This document shows, piece by piece, positions 1 to 11,335 of a stretch of DNA of 64,000 bases. The translations under genes were made by a program, and so were the position numbers. Positions within the stretch are counted from its first letter, which is position 1. The number at the start of each line of letters is the position of its first letter. Origin of the DNA: Malacoraja senta (taxonomy: Eukaryota); assembly GCA_038087875.1 (NCBI GenBank), contig CM075988.1:21640001-21704000 (forward strand). The letters are read 5' to 3'. The notes beneath the pieces are model-generated. The model ran no database searches and had not been told where the DNA came from. It saw only the letters and a program-made list of their open reading frames with translations.

Positions 1-1075
1 TGGAATTACAGGAACAGGCCATTTGACCCAGGTGGGCATACGCCATTTCCCGGTTGCTAAACCACTTAACTCCCCCTTCCTTCCCTCTCACACTCCAAAG
101 ACGTAAACATTTTCAGGTCCAGACCCGAAACATCACCTGTTTCTTTTGTCCAGAGATGCTGTCTAACCCGTTGAGTTACTCCAGCTTTGTGTCTATCTTC
201 GGTTTAAACCAGCATGTGCAGTTCCTTCCTGCAGGTTTGTAGGTTCATCGGCTTCGGTAACAATTGTAAATTGTCCCTAGCGTGTAGAGTACGTGCTAGT
301 GTACAAGGTGATCACTGGTTGGCGTGGACTCGTTGGGCCAAAGGGCCTGTTTCTGCGCTGTATCTCTGAAATCTGAAGTCTTAAATTAATGAATTCTCGC
401 ACACTGTGAATTTCTGCCTTGGTAACATCCAGCTCATCCTTAATTCCTTACAAGAAACCTAGCATGGATTAGTTGTTCAATCAATATCGCCCTGGTGTCT
501 AATTACTTCAACAAAGTTGTTTGTGATTTGAAGATTTGCTCTCGGTGGGATTGTTTACAATTGGTGGTCTTCTGATGGATTTTAAAGACAAGCTATCCGA
601 TGGCTTCATGCTGCCGATGTGATGCAGATTCATGCCATTTGTTAAGAATTAAGAGTACCTGGAGATTCATGTGCCTTGACGTTTTACTAAGTGGAAATTT
701 GTGAATATTTCAGTGCACAGGATGGTAATCTCCAGCAGCTTGCCTCCAGGTAACCATGTCAATCGATGAGTAGGAAAATGTTCCAAAGCTATGAAATAAG
801 GCAGAATTGCTGAAACACTCAGCAGAACTAACAAAGCATCTTTGACCCAAAACATTAATCTGTTCATTGCACATCATGTTGGCCTGCATTGCTATTCGCA
901 TCCCTGTATTCCTCTTGATATCATCTCTTCCCCAGCCCAGAGATTGTGGGCTCCACCTTGCCTTGATCATCGTCACTCTGTGCATACCTTTCATTCATTG
1001 ATTCTCGTTGAGTCTAGAGATACAGCGCGGAAACAGGCCCTTTGGCCCGCCGTGTCCGCGCCGACCAGCGATCTC

Positions 1076-1216
1076 AGCGGGGTGGAAGATTGCAACCTTC
1101 ACGTGGTCCGCCCTGTTTCGACGAATGCAATCAACCTGGCGTGCACAATCAAATAAGATCAATAGAACATGTTGTCCTACAACTTTAGGCTGTGCACGCC
1201 ATACGCAAGAAGAAGA
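1076..1216 (+). mobile_element. Short non-autonomous retroelement (family A): HDV-like ribozyme head and (GAA)n tail, inserted into a V-SINE
   Basis: 9-bp TSD AGCGATCTC at 1067-1075 and 1217-1225; tail CCATACGCAAGAAGAAGA; 11-bp inverted repeat TGGCGTGCACA/TGTGCACGCCA (1137-1147/1191-1201). Confidence 0.85.
1079..1132 (+). ncRNA. Minimal HDV-like (delta-like) self-cleaving ribozyme, family A
   Basis: P1 GGGGTGG(1079-85)/CCGCCCT(1108-14) with G1.U wobble. P2 GATTGCA(1088-94)/TGCAATC(1126-32). P3 ACC/GGT around L3 TTCACGT(1098-1104). G1115, vestigial P4 TTTCGA, then J4/2 CGAA with putative catalytic C1122. Element order matches the HDV double pseudoknot. Confidence 0.85.
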
Positions 1217-1737
1217 AGCGATCTCCGCACATTAACACTACCGTAAACACTAGGGACAATTTACACTTACACCCTTCCAATGAACCGACAAACCTGTACG
1301 TCTTTGGAGTGTGGGAGGAAACCAAAGATGTCGGAGAAAACCCACGCAGGTCACGGGGAGAACGTACAAACTCCGCACAGACAGCACCCATAGTTGGGAT
1401 CGAACCAGGGTCTCTGGCTCTGTAAGGCAGCAACTCTACCGCTGTGCCACCGTGCCGGCCATGAACTAAACTAATTGGTGGTGCATATGCAAATGTCTCT
1501 GTGTAAATTATAAAACTGGTTATTAAAAAAATTATTAAAAATTCAGATTTTTTTAAAACTATGCAAATAGATTGGAATTTTGCATTCTGCACAGAAGAAT
1601 ATCTGTTATCTCTGTCAAACAATTGCCTTTGCAGTCCTTCAGTAAATATCCATGTCGACCTTTGGAAAGGAAGATAGATACAACAAGATGGAGTAACTCA
1701 GCGGGACAGGCAGCATCTCTGGAGAGAAAGAATGGGT

Positions 1738-1765
1738 GACGTTTCGGGTCGAGACCCTTCTTCAG
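1738..1765 (-). ncRNA. Minimal hammerhead ribozyme motif in a Penelope terminal module
   Basis: Minus strand reads CTGAAGA-A-GGGT-CTCG-ACCC-GAAA-CG-TC. Confidence 0.7.
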
Positions 1766-2874
1766 ACAGTTCCTTCCTACACATTTGGAAAGTAAGAGCT
1801 GTCTTCATTCTGAGTCATGAATTATTTAGCATTGAATAAGTTAACACAAGACAAAGTCCTGACAGAAGTACTTTGAAAAGTTGGCTCGTTCAAGTGGAAC
1901 TGATGGATATTTAAAAAAACAAAAAATAGCAGAAAGATCCCTTTTTGAAATATTTAATATTTATCTACTTTTTTTCCTTTCCGTCTACAGTGTCTTCACT
2001 TTGTCTGCACGGACTCTCTCCAATGTCTTCCTGACTGACGCGTTTGATAATGTGTGCTGAAGGCTATTTTATCCATATAGTTTTATCACTTGTAAGCCCA
2101 ACTTTAATTTCATCTTCGAGAGACACAAAAAGCTGGAGTAACTCAGTGGGACAGGCAGCATCTCTGGAGAGAAGGAATGGGTGGCGTTTCGGGTCGAGAC
2201 CCTTCCACGTTTCATCTTGATGTCCACGATCGGTCTCACCAGATGAGTTATTCTGAGTTATAGTCATGGAGTCATCAGTGTGGAAACAGGCCCTTCAGCC
2301 CAACATGCCCATGCCAACCAATATGTCCCATCTACACTAGTTCCCACCTCCCTACATGCAGCCCATACCCCTCCAAACCTAAGGTAGACACAAAAAGCTG
2401 GAGTAATTCTGCATGTCAGACAAGCTCTCTGGAGAGAAGGAATAGGTGACGTTTTGGGTCGAGACCCTTCTTCAGGTTTAAACCAGCATTCTGCAGGTCC
2501 TTCCTACATATACCCTCCAAACTTATCCCATCCGTGTACACTAAACCTATTCTATCCATGTACCTGTAATTGGACTGGATGCTCCTGAGTAAATGAACTG
2601 GAAACAGGTCAAGTCTCCTTTCTCAGCTTCATCCATCCACTGGGAGTTCATGTGTATCAGATGTCGTATCATTGTGGGATACTTGGAACTCTCTTCCCGC
2701 AGTGCGTCCGCGCCGACCAGCGATCCCCGCACATTAACACTATCGTAAACACTAGGGACAATTTACACTTACACCCTTCCAATGAACCTACAAACCTGTT
2801 GGAGTTAAACCCACGAACGCTGCAAAAATACTGAGGTCGATCGTACATTAGCGTCTGAGGCAGAAAGGACAATT

Positions 2875-3176
2875 AGTTTAGTTTAGAGATACAACGTGGA
2901 AACAGGCCCTTCAGCCCACCCGCGCCGACCAGCGACCCCCGAACACTAGCGCTCTCCTACACACTAGGGACAATTTACAATTTTTATCAAAGCCAATTAA
3001 TCCACAAACCAGCACGTCTTTGGAGTGCGGGAGGAAGCCAGAGCACCCGGGGAAAACCAACGCAGTCACGGGGAGAACGTACTAACTCCATACCGACGGC
3101 ACCCATAGTCAGGATCGAACCCAGGTCTCTGGCGCTGTAAGGCAGCAACTCTACCGCTGCGCCACCGTGCCGCCCC
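2875..3176 (-). mobile_element. HE1-like V-SINE
   Basis: Full tRNA head, V-domain and tail ending (TAAAC)n on the minus strand. Confidence 0.85.
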
Positions 3177-3276
3177 AAATGACGGCAAAAAAAGCAAGCA
3201 AATGGGGAATAAAGAAAACAAGTGATGTAGACAAACTTCCACTCCTTGACTTGATTGAAGACAGCTAGGATAGGAT

Positions 3277-3580
3277 TGGCGGCACAGTGGTGCAGCTGGT
3301 AGAGCAGCTGCCTCACAGGGCCAGAGGCCTGGCTTCAGTTCAGACCTGGGCTACTATCTGTGTTTGGGAATTTGCCCCCATGGTCTCCCTGTGACCGCGT
3401 GGGTTTCCTCCGGTGGGTGTGCTCCGGTTTCCTCCCACACTCCAAAGACATGTAGGCTAATCAGCTTCTGTAAATTGTCCGTAGTGTGTGTAGGATAGTG
3501 CTAGTGTATGATTGCAAGTCTGTGGGGATTCAGTCGCTGAATGGCCTGGTTCCAAGCAGTATCTCTAAAACTCTAACTAA
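3277..3580 (+). mobile_element. HE1-like V-SINE (diverged)
   Basis: GGCGGCACAGTGGTGCAGCTGGTAGAG head; V-domain GGTTTCCTCCCACACTCCAAAGAC; CR1-like tail. Confidence 0.75.
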
Positions 3581-6110
3581 ATAAAATATGAATCTTGTCC
3601 TGGACTGATATTGCCGATGGATTATGAGTTAGTATAAAAAGCCGTGGTTGGTTTACACAAAGGAGTAAACAAGATCCATTATTAAATCATTATCATAACC
3701 TGAGTCACAAATTATTTTGTAAAACAAATATTTGGATATTATATTTTTTAGGATCTGAATTAATAATTAATAACCAGCAGTGATAGTTCATTTTAACTTC
3801 AACGGACACAGCTCAGAGAGGTGTTATAAAACGTATCGTAGCTTAGCTTGGAGATACAGCATGGAAACAGGCCCTTCGGCCCACCGAGCCCACACCTGTT
3901 CACACTAGTTCTATGTTATTCCACTTTCCCATCCGCTCCTTCTACACCAGGGGGAAAATGACCATTTACAATTAGCCTACAATCCAGCACGTCTTTGTGA
4001 TGTGGGAGGAAGCCGGAGCTGGCGGAGGAAATCCACGCGGTCACCGGGAGAACGCGCAAACTCCACACAGACGGGACCCGAGGTCAGGATCGAACCAGGG
4101 TCTCTGGCACTGTGAGGCAGCAGCTCTACCAGAAGATATATAGAAGAAAGCTCATTTCTGCTCTATGTGGATTTGTGAAAATGACGCAAGATCTTTCAGA
4201 AAGAGTGGAGGGAGAAGGGTTCATTCTAGGTCGACATTTACTGATGTGATTTCTATAAATCTTGTTGCCTTATAAAATTCCTGGATTTCTCACAGGGGAG
4301 TGCCTTACCCACTCTCTCTCACTGTCTGACATCAACACTTGATCAAATCAATCTCTATTTTCTGGATTGATGAAAGGCATATTTCAAGAAACCAGAGAGC
4401 TGCACTAAAACAAAACAGACATGGATTCATTAAACATCACACAGCTTTGTGAGAATGCACAATTGGATTGACTTGGTCTTATCAAGTCACTTACACACAT
4501 TGAATAGGAATGAGATGTGTCTGATAGACCACTGCATGGCGTGGAACCTCGACAATGCCACCAAGTGTTCTGCTGTTCGAAATTGGATTTTGTAAATTCA
4601 ACAACAAACATTTCATTAAAACGTAAGATTTATATCTGTGTTATGATGAACATCCCAATGAGTCCAATAGCTCTCAAGACTGGATCTAGGAATTGAAACT
4701 CGCTTCAATGAATATATTTGCAGCTGCACGAGTACCGTTCTGTTGCAAATTGCAAATGACATCCCAGCGCAGAGTTGAAAGTATTTGCGTGCAGTTTGAA
4801 TGGGCTTTACCTACGGAGCATAACGCAGTCTCTTTTACAGGCACAGGGCAGAGCGGCGCAGCTGGTAGAGTTGCTGCCTCACAGAGTCAGAGACCCGGGT
4901 TCGATCCTGAACTCGGCTGCTGTCCGTGTGGAGTTTGCACGTTCTCTCTCCCCTGTGACCGCGTGGATTTCCTCCGGGTGCTCCGTTTTCCTCCCACATC
5001 CCAAAGACGTGCAGCTCTGTAGCTTCTGTAAATTGTCGCTCGTGTGTGGTGAGTGGATAAGAAAGTAGGAAAATATAGAACTAGTGTGAACAGGGTGATC
5101 GATGGTCGACATGTTGCGGCAAAGGGACTGCAGATTCTGGTCTGCACCGAAGATAGACACAAAATGCTGGAGTAATTGAGTGGGACAGAAGGGTCTCGAC
5201 CCGATACGTCACCCATTCCTTCTCTCCAGAGATGCCGCCGGTCCCGCTGAGTTACTCCAGCATTTTGTGTCTCGTGTTCAATGGTCAGCGTGGACGTGGT
5301 GGGCCAAATAGTGTGTTCCCACGCAACACCTTTCAATTCAATTGCAATTGCACTTCAATTCTTTATTTTGTAGGATGCAGAGCAAAGCTGTGCTCTTCAA
5401 AGTAGTCCTGGCTGACATACGGGGGAAAGGTCAAGGTGCTACATAGCAAGCAAAGCAAAGAGAGCATTAATTCTTTGGTCTGGCTGTGGGTGCAGTGATG
5501 TATGAGAGGAACAGCCAGCACCACAGTCCAAGACAAATCAGTTGTGAATACGTTAAACATCCACCTCTGGGGAATGTGTCCCCACGCAGTAACTGGTAGT
5601 ATTCAGTTTAGTTCGGAGATGAAACCTGGAAACAGGCCCTTCGGCCCATCGAGTCCACGCCGACCAACGACCAACTTCCATGCTATCCCACTTTTTCATC
5701 CACTCCCTACAGACTGAGGGCAATTTGCAAAGGGCAACTAACTTAGACGCATGCATGCATACTACATGTGTTTAGGATGTAGGAGGAAACTGTAGCACCT
5801 GGAGGAAACCCACGTGGTCACAGGGAGAATGTGCAAACTGCCACACACAGAGACAGTACCCGAGGTCAGGATCGAACCTGGGTCTCTGGCGCTGTGAGGC
5901 AGAAGCTCTACCAGCTGTGCCACCATGCTGCCTGCGGAGGAGCTGTGGACAGATGTAGACCAGCAATGATTGAATGGCGGTGTGGACTCGATGGGCCAAA
6001 TGGCCTAATTCTGCTCCTATGACTACTAAACTTATGAACTTAGCACAAATGCAGGAAGGTGGGACTAGTGTAGATGGGGCATGTGACAATGTTTTTTCAC
6101 TACACGCGAC

Positions 6111-6162
6111 GGGGTCAAGGAAAGAGCGTTCACGTCGCTGCCCTGTTTCCACCAATCTTTCC
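6111..6162 (+). ncRNA. Minimal HDV-like ribozyme, family B (copy 1)
   Basis: P1 GGGGTC(6111-16)/TGCCCT(6139-44, one mismatch). P2 GGAAAGA(6119-25)/TCTTTCC(6156-62). P3 GCG/CGC around L3 TTCACGT. Then G, TTTCCA and J4/2 CCAA. Confidence 0.8.
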
Positions 6163-6286
6163 ACCACCATACACAAGAAGCACAAGAAGCGACAAGACAG
6201 ACACCATTGTATGCAGATGCCGAGAAGTGTATTCGGCTCTGGCTGAACAACTTCTAATCTTGTGTGTGGGCTCGATAAGAAGAAGG
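6111..6286 (+). mobile_element. Short non-autonomous retroelement (family B): HDV-like ribozyme head and (GAA)n tail
   Basis: 11-bp TSD CTACACG(C/T)GAC at 6100-6110 and 6287-6297. The insertion starts exactly at ribozyme G1. A homologous copy lies at 49771-49946. Confidence 0.85.
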
Positions 6287-8287
6287 CTACACGTGACAAT
6301 ATTAAACGAAGAAAATTGTAATGGCATGACCAAACTTATAACCCAAATATCTGCTTTCTTGATTTCGCTTAAAAGTGATCAGACTGCACAGTGGGCTCAT
6401 CGTTCACTGAAGGGCACTTGACTGTAGATGATCGGGTCAGGGATGTCAAAACTGCAATTTAATGAAAGTGGGAAAATGTGCAGAAAATGGTTGTTCTGTT
6501 CTATTTGGGAGGACATGGAACTATGGAAATGGCAGCTGTTAGCTCGCGATTGGCTAGACAATGGATTCTTCTTCTGGCCAGCATAATTCTTTATCCATTG
6601 TGACGGGACTGGACCTATTTAACAATCCATTCAAACTACGCTGCGAGATAAATATTCTCATTTCCCAACTGAACACACGCATCTATCAGGTCTTCTCCTT
6701 GAATACAAGCTGACTCAATGAGCAAGTTGGCATTTCCGCTGACGAGAAATTGCATTTATTGTGGAATCCAAATCTCCGATTAGCAATGTATAAAAAGCAA
6801 TCATTGGAAACATTTCAAGACTATTTGAATTCAAGAAGAAAATAATAAACTGGAATTAGATTATTCGAGCTAATCATTCAATTATAATTGTCGTAATTTA
6901 AGAAAAAGATATTTTGGCCGAGATGTCACACTCAATCAACAAAAATGTATTTTGTCTTTTTCAGTTATGGAAAACGATTAAAATTATTAAGTCCTGATGC
7001 AGAGTCTCAACTCGAAATGCCGATCATCCCTTTGCCTCCACAGATGCTGCCCGACCCACTGTGCGGAGTTTGTACGTTCTCCCCTTGACCTGTGTGGGTT
7101 TTCTCCAGGAGCTCCGGTTTCCTCCCACACTCCATAGAGGTACAGGTTTGTAATTTAATTGATTTGGTATCATTGTAAATTGCCTCTGGTGTGTGTGTGT
7201 GTAGGATCGTGTTAGTGTGTAGGGATCGCTTATACCTAAAATGGAAATTATGAATGAATGACAGCAAGGACCCGGTGGGGGGTGGGTTGAGAAGTAATGG
7301 TGTCCCGGCGAGTTGCCTGCGGCCACGTGCGCTGGCATGCCTGGTTCACCGCTGCGAGAAGATGAGGCCGTACTTGTCGGTGCCAAAACGTGGCAGTTTT
7401 CCGTGTACTGCCTCGGTGCTGTATGATTTCAGCATGTGAGGAAACTCGACCCCCCCCCCCCGGAGAAAAAACAGGGGAAGCATTGATGTGCCCAGACCTT
7501 CTGCCAGATGAAGCTATTGAAACGGATACAATTGCGACAGTGCGGCACGTTGGCGCGGCAGTAGAGTCGCTGCCTCACAGCGCCAGAGACCCGGGTTCAA
7601 CCCTGACTGAGTTTGTCCCTTCCCCCTGTGACCGCGTGGGTTTCCTCTGGGTGCTCCAGTTTCTTTCCACACTGCAAAGACGTGCAGGTTTGTAGGTTAA
7701 TTGGCTTCTGTAAATTCTCCCTAATGAGTGATCGCTGGTCGGCACGGACTCGGTCGGTCGAAGGGCCTGTTTCCGCGCTGTAAACGAAATGGAAAAAAAA
7801 CCCAAGTCTCATATATTTGTGTCGATTTGTCCCTAGCACATGTCTCGGCATCAAGGAGGTTAGTTTGATTCTTCCTTCTTGATGGGCTAAAAGATGATAA
7901 AAGCCACGACAACCAGCCACGGCAAACTATGATGCATGGCACCAGGCAACATCGTAGCATTCCCTCTCTTCCACCGTCTCCCCAACCAATAAGACAGAAA
8001 ATTACTCTTTGCCGCAACAGTTCGGAGTGAAGCCACGGAGCAAATGGCCCCTGCAGAGTTGTGTCAATGATAGAAGATGAGAGGAAAAACAAAGGTCTGG
8101 ACTAAAACGACATCAGATGTCAAGTCAATATATGAGGACTGATCGAGAGATTTAAAAAATGCTTCTGTCAGAGTTGAGACATTGTGTGCAGGAAGGAACT
8201 GCAGATGCTGGTTTACACCGAAGATAGACACAAAATGCTGGAGAAACTCAGCGGGACAGGCAGCATCTCTGGAGAGAAGGAATGGGT

Positions 8288-8315
8288 GACGTTTCGGGTC
8301 GAGACCCTTCTTCAG
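8288..8315 (-). ncRNA. Minimal hammerhead motif (Penelope terminal module)
   Basis: Intact CTGAAGAAGGGTCTCGACCCGAAACGTC on the minus strand, within module 8184-8320. Confidence 0.7.
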
Positions 8316-8488
8316 ACTGAAGATTTTTGTTGCGTGCTATCGAGTCAGCGGAAAGGCTTATACAGGATTACAACTAAGCCATCCACGGTGTACAGATACA
8401 GGATAAAGGGAATAACATTTAGAGCTAGATAAAGTCCAGTAAAGTCTGATTAAAGATAGTCCGAGGGTGTTGGTAGTTGGTGACAGGA

Positions 8489-8775
8489 CCTTCTGAACCT
8501 TCTGAATTTTGTAGTCGGCAGAGCAGTACTCTGCATATCGCCAACTTTGGACAATCTTTACATTTTTTATCAAGCCAATTAATCAAGCCAATTAACCTAC
8601 AAACCTGTACGTCTTTGGAGTGCGGAAGGAAACCGAAGATCTCGGAGAAAACCCACGCAGATCACGGGGAGAACGTACAAACTCCATACAGACAGCACCC
8701 GTAGTCGGGATCGAACCCGGGTCTCTGGTGCTGAATTTTGCTGTAAGGCAGCAACTCTACCGCTGTGCCACTGTG
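8489..8775 (-). mobile_element. V-SINE subfamily with alternative 3' tail ending (TTCAGAAGG)2, nested in a Rex1-like fragment
   Basis: Standard tRNA head and V-domain, but the tail is AGTTGGCGATATGCAGAGTACTGCTCTGCCGACTACAAAATTCAGAAGGTTCAGAAGG. Confidence 0.75.
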
Positions 8776-9354
8776 AGGATGGTTCAGTTGCCTGATAACA
8801 GCTGAAAGAGACTGCCACCTGAATGTGGAGGCGTGCGTTTTCAAACTTCTGCACCGCTTGTCTGATGGGAGCGGGGAGAAGAGAGAATGGCTGGGATGAG
8901 GCTGGTCCTTGATTAGGCTAAGAAAGGAACTGCAGATGCTGGTTCACATCGAAGATAGACACAAAAGGCTGGAGTAACACAACAGGTCAGGCAGCACCTC
9001 TGGAGAGAAGGAACTATCTTTGGTATAAACCAACACCTGCAGGTCCTTCCTACAACCCGAAACATCACCTGTTCCTTTTCTCCACACATGCTGCCTGACC
9101 CACTGAGTTACTCCAGCATTTTTTGTCTGACCTCGATTATGCTAGTAGCATGGTGGCCTTGCCGAGGCAGCGTGAAGTGTACATGGAGTCGGTGGAAGGG
9201 AGGTTGGTTTGTGTGATGGTCTGGGCAACATCTTGAGTCGTGACCTTTCAGACACTCCAGATCTCCCAGGAAATGTCAGGAAATCATTAACAAGGCAATA
9301 AATTAATTAAAGTTTCTGATTTTTAATTCCAGTAGAAAACATCTATTGGAATTT

Positions 9355-9645
9355 AAGAATAAGGAGTAAGCCATTTAGAACGGAGACGAGGAAACACTTT
9401 TTCTCACAGGGAGTGGTGAGTCTGTGGAATTCTCTGCCTCAGAGGGCGGTGGAGGCGGGTTCTCTGGATGCTTTCAAGAGAGAGCTAGATAGGGCTCTTA
9501 AAAATAGCGGAGTCAGGGGATATGGGGAGAAGGCACAGAAGGAGAAGGGGTACTGATTGGGGATGATCAGCCGTGATCACATTGAATGGCGGTGCTGGCT
9601 CGAAGGGCCAAATGGCCTACTCCTGCACCTATTGTCTATTGTCTA
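9355..9645 (+). mobile_element. CR1 LINE 3' fragment
   Basis: End of ORF2 (…FRTETRKHFFSQGVVSLWNSLP…), 3' UTR and (CTATTGT)n tail. Confidence 0.85.
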
Positions 9646-10438
9646 TCTTTTTTTGTTGTTGCAGTCATCACAAATACACACTCGGTTTTACAGACGGTGA
9701 CGTTTATCTCAGTGCAGCAGGAAGCAAACTGCTGAAATGGAAACCATGCTCTGACATTCAGGAAGCAATTCCATAATGGAAACGGTTTCAGTCAAACCTT
9801 TGAACACGATGATTTCTCTCGTGTGCTAATCCTCCCTCCTAAACAGATGAACACACACTCTCACACGTTGGAAAACCTTGAGCAGAAACAGAACAGGTTC
9901 CTCTTCAAAGATAGACACAAAAAGCTGGTGTAACTCAATGGGGCAGGCAGCATCTCTGGAGAGAAGGAATGAGTCACCCATTCCTTCTCTCCAGAGATGT
10001 TGCCTGTCCCGCTGAGTTACACCAGCTTTTTGTGTCTACCTTCGGTTCAAACCAGCACCTGCAGTTCCTTCTTGCACAGGATTCTCTTCAAAACCAACGC
10101 AGCGAGACCTGAGGAGAATGCGGTGTGTTCAGAAGCAAATGGAAATCGACAGAATCGGCGGTGTCAGTGGGGATTGTTAAGCACAGCTGGCGGCTGCTTT
10201 CTTATTTGATATCCACCAGGCAGAAAATTGGATTTTTCTAACCCAAAACCATCAGGAGAAATTTCCATCAGCTCCAGCTCTGGCATCCCAACCTATATAG
10301 GACATAGGACGGCACAGGAACAGGCCCTTCGGCCCACAAAGTCTCTGCTGAACATGATACCAAGATAAACTAATCTCACCTGCCTTGACATGATCCACAT
10401 TCCTTTATTCCCTTGCATGTCCATATGCCAATCTAAAA

Positions 10439-10715
10439 CCTTCTGAACCTTCTGAATTTTCTAGTGGGCAGGGCAGTACTCTGCATACCGCCAACTTGGA
10501 CAATTTTACATTTTTATCAAGCCAATTAACCTACAAACCTGTACGTCTTTGGAGTGTGGGAGGAAACCGAAGATCTCGGAGAAAACACACGCAGATCACG
10601 GGGAGAACGTACAAACTCCATACACACAGCACCCGTTGTCGGGATCGAACCCGGGTCTCTGGCGCTGCATTTTGCTGTAAGGCAGCAACTCTACCGCTGC
10701 GCCACCGTGACCGCC
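10439..10715 (-). mobile_element. Alternative-tail V-SINE (copy 2)
   Basis: Same CCTTCTGAACCTTCTGAATTTT…GCAGTACTCTGCAT end as the 8489 copy. Confidence 0.75.
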
Positions 10716-10889
10716 TTTGTAAAAGGTTTTGTAAAAGCCACCATTGTATCTTCCTTCACCGCCATTCCTGGCAGCGCATTGTGGGCATCTTGACGTTAGT
10801 TTATTGTCACATGTACAGTGACAGGTGAACAGTGGAAGATGCATACCAGGCATCTACCACTCTCTGTGTAAAAAACTCGCCCCGCACAT

Positions 10890-11335
10890 TTAGTTTAGTT
10901 TAGAGATACAGCGCGGAAACAGGCCATTCGGTCCACCGAGTCCGCGCCGACCAGCGATCCCCGCACATTAACACTACCCTACACACACTAGCGACAATTT
11001 TTTAAAAACATTTATACCAAGCCAATTAACCAACAAAACCTGTACGTCTTTGGAGCGTGAGAGGAAACGGAAGATCTCGGAGAAAAAACGCGCAGGTCAC
11101 GGGTGGAACGTACAAACTCCATACAGACAAACCCACACAGGTCACGAAGAGAAAGTACAAACTCCATACAGACAAACCCACGCAGGTCACGGGGAGAACG
11201 TACAAACTCCGTACAGACAAACCCACGCAGGTCACGGGGAGAACGTACAAACTCTGTACAGACCTGTAGTCAGGATCGAACCCGGGTTTCTGGCGCTGTG
11301 AGGCAGCAACTCTACCGCTGTGCCACCATGCTGCC
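10890..11335 (-). mobile_element. V-SINE with an internal ~45-bp unit amplified four times
   Basis: ACCCACGCAGGTCACGGGGAGAACGTACAAACTCCGTACAGACAA-like unit repeated across ~11087-11263. Confidence 0.8.

Larger units (their letters stand above)
1010..1458 (-). mobile_element. HE1-like tRNA-derived V-SINE, interrupted by the 1076-1216 insertion
   Basis: Reverse strand shows the tRNA-like head (GGCACGGTGGCACAGCGGTAGAG...GGTTCGATCC), the V-domain and a CR1-like tail. Confidence 0.85.

Noticed and set aside
7254..7439. CpG-rich ORF ending ASVLYDFSM (SH3-like start)
   Set aside because: The similarity is too short, the rest of the domain is absent and there is no clear splice acceptor.
8005..8055. 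Possible minus-strand 45-nt exon after a polypyrimidine tract
   Set aside because: The donor site is weak and the peptide is unrecognisable in every frame.
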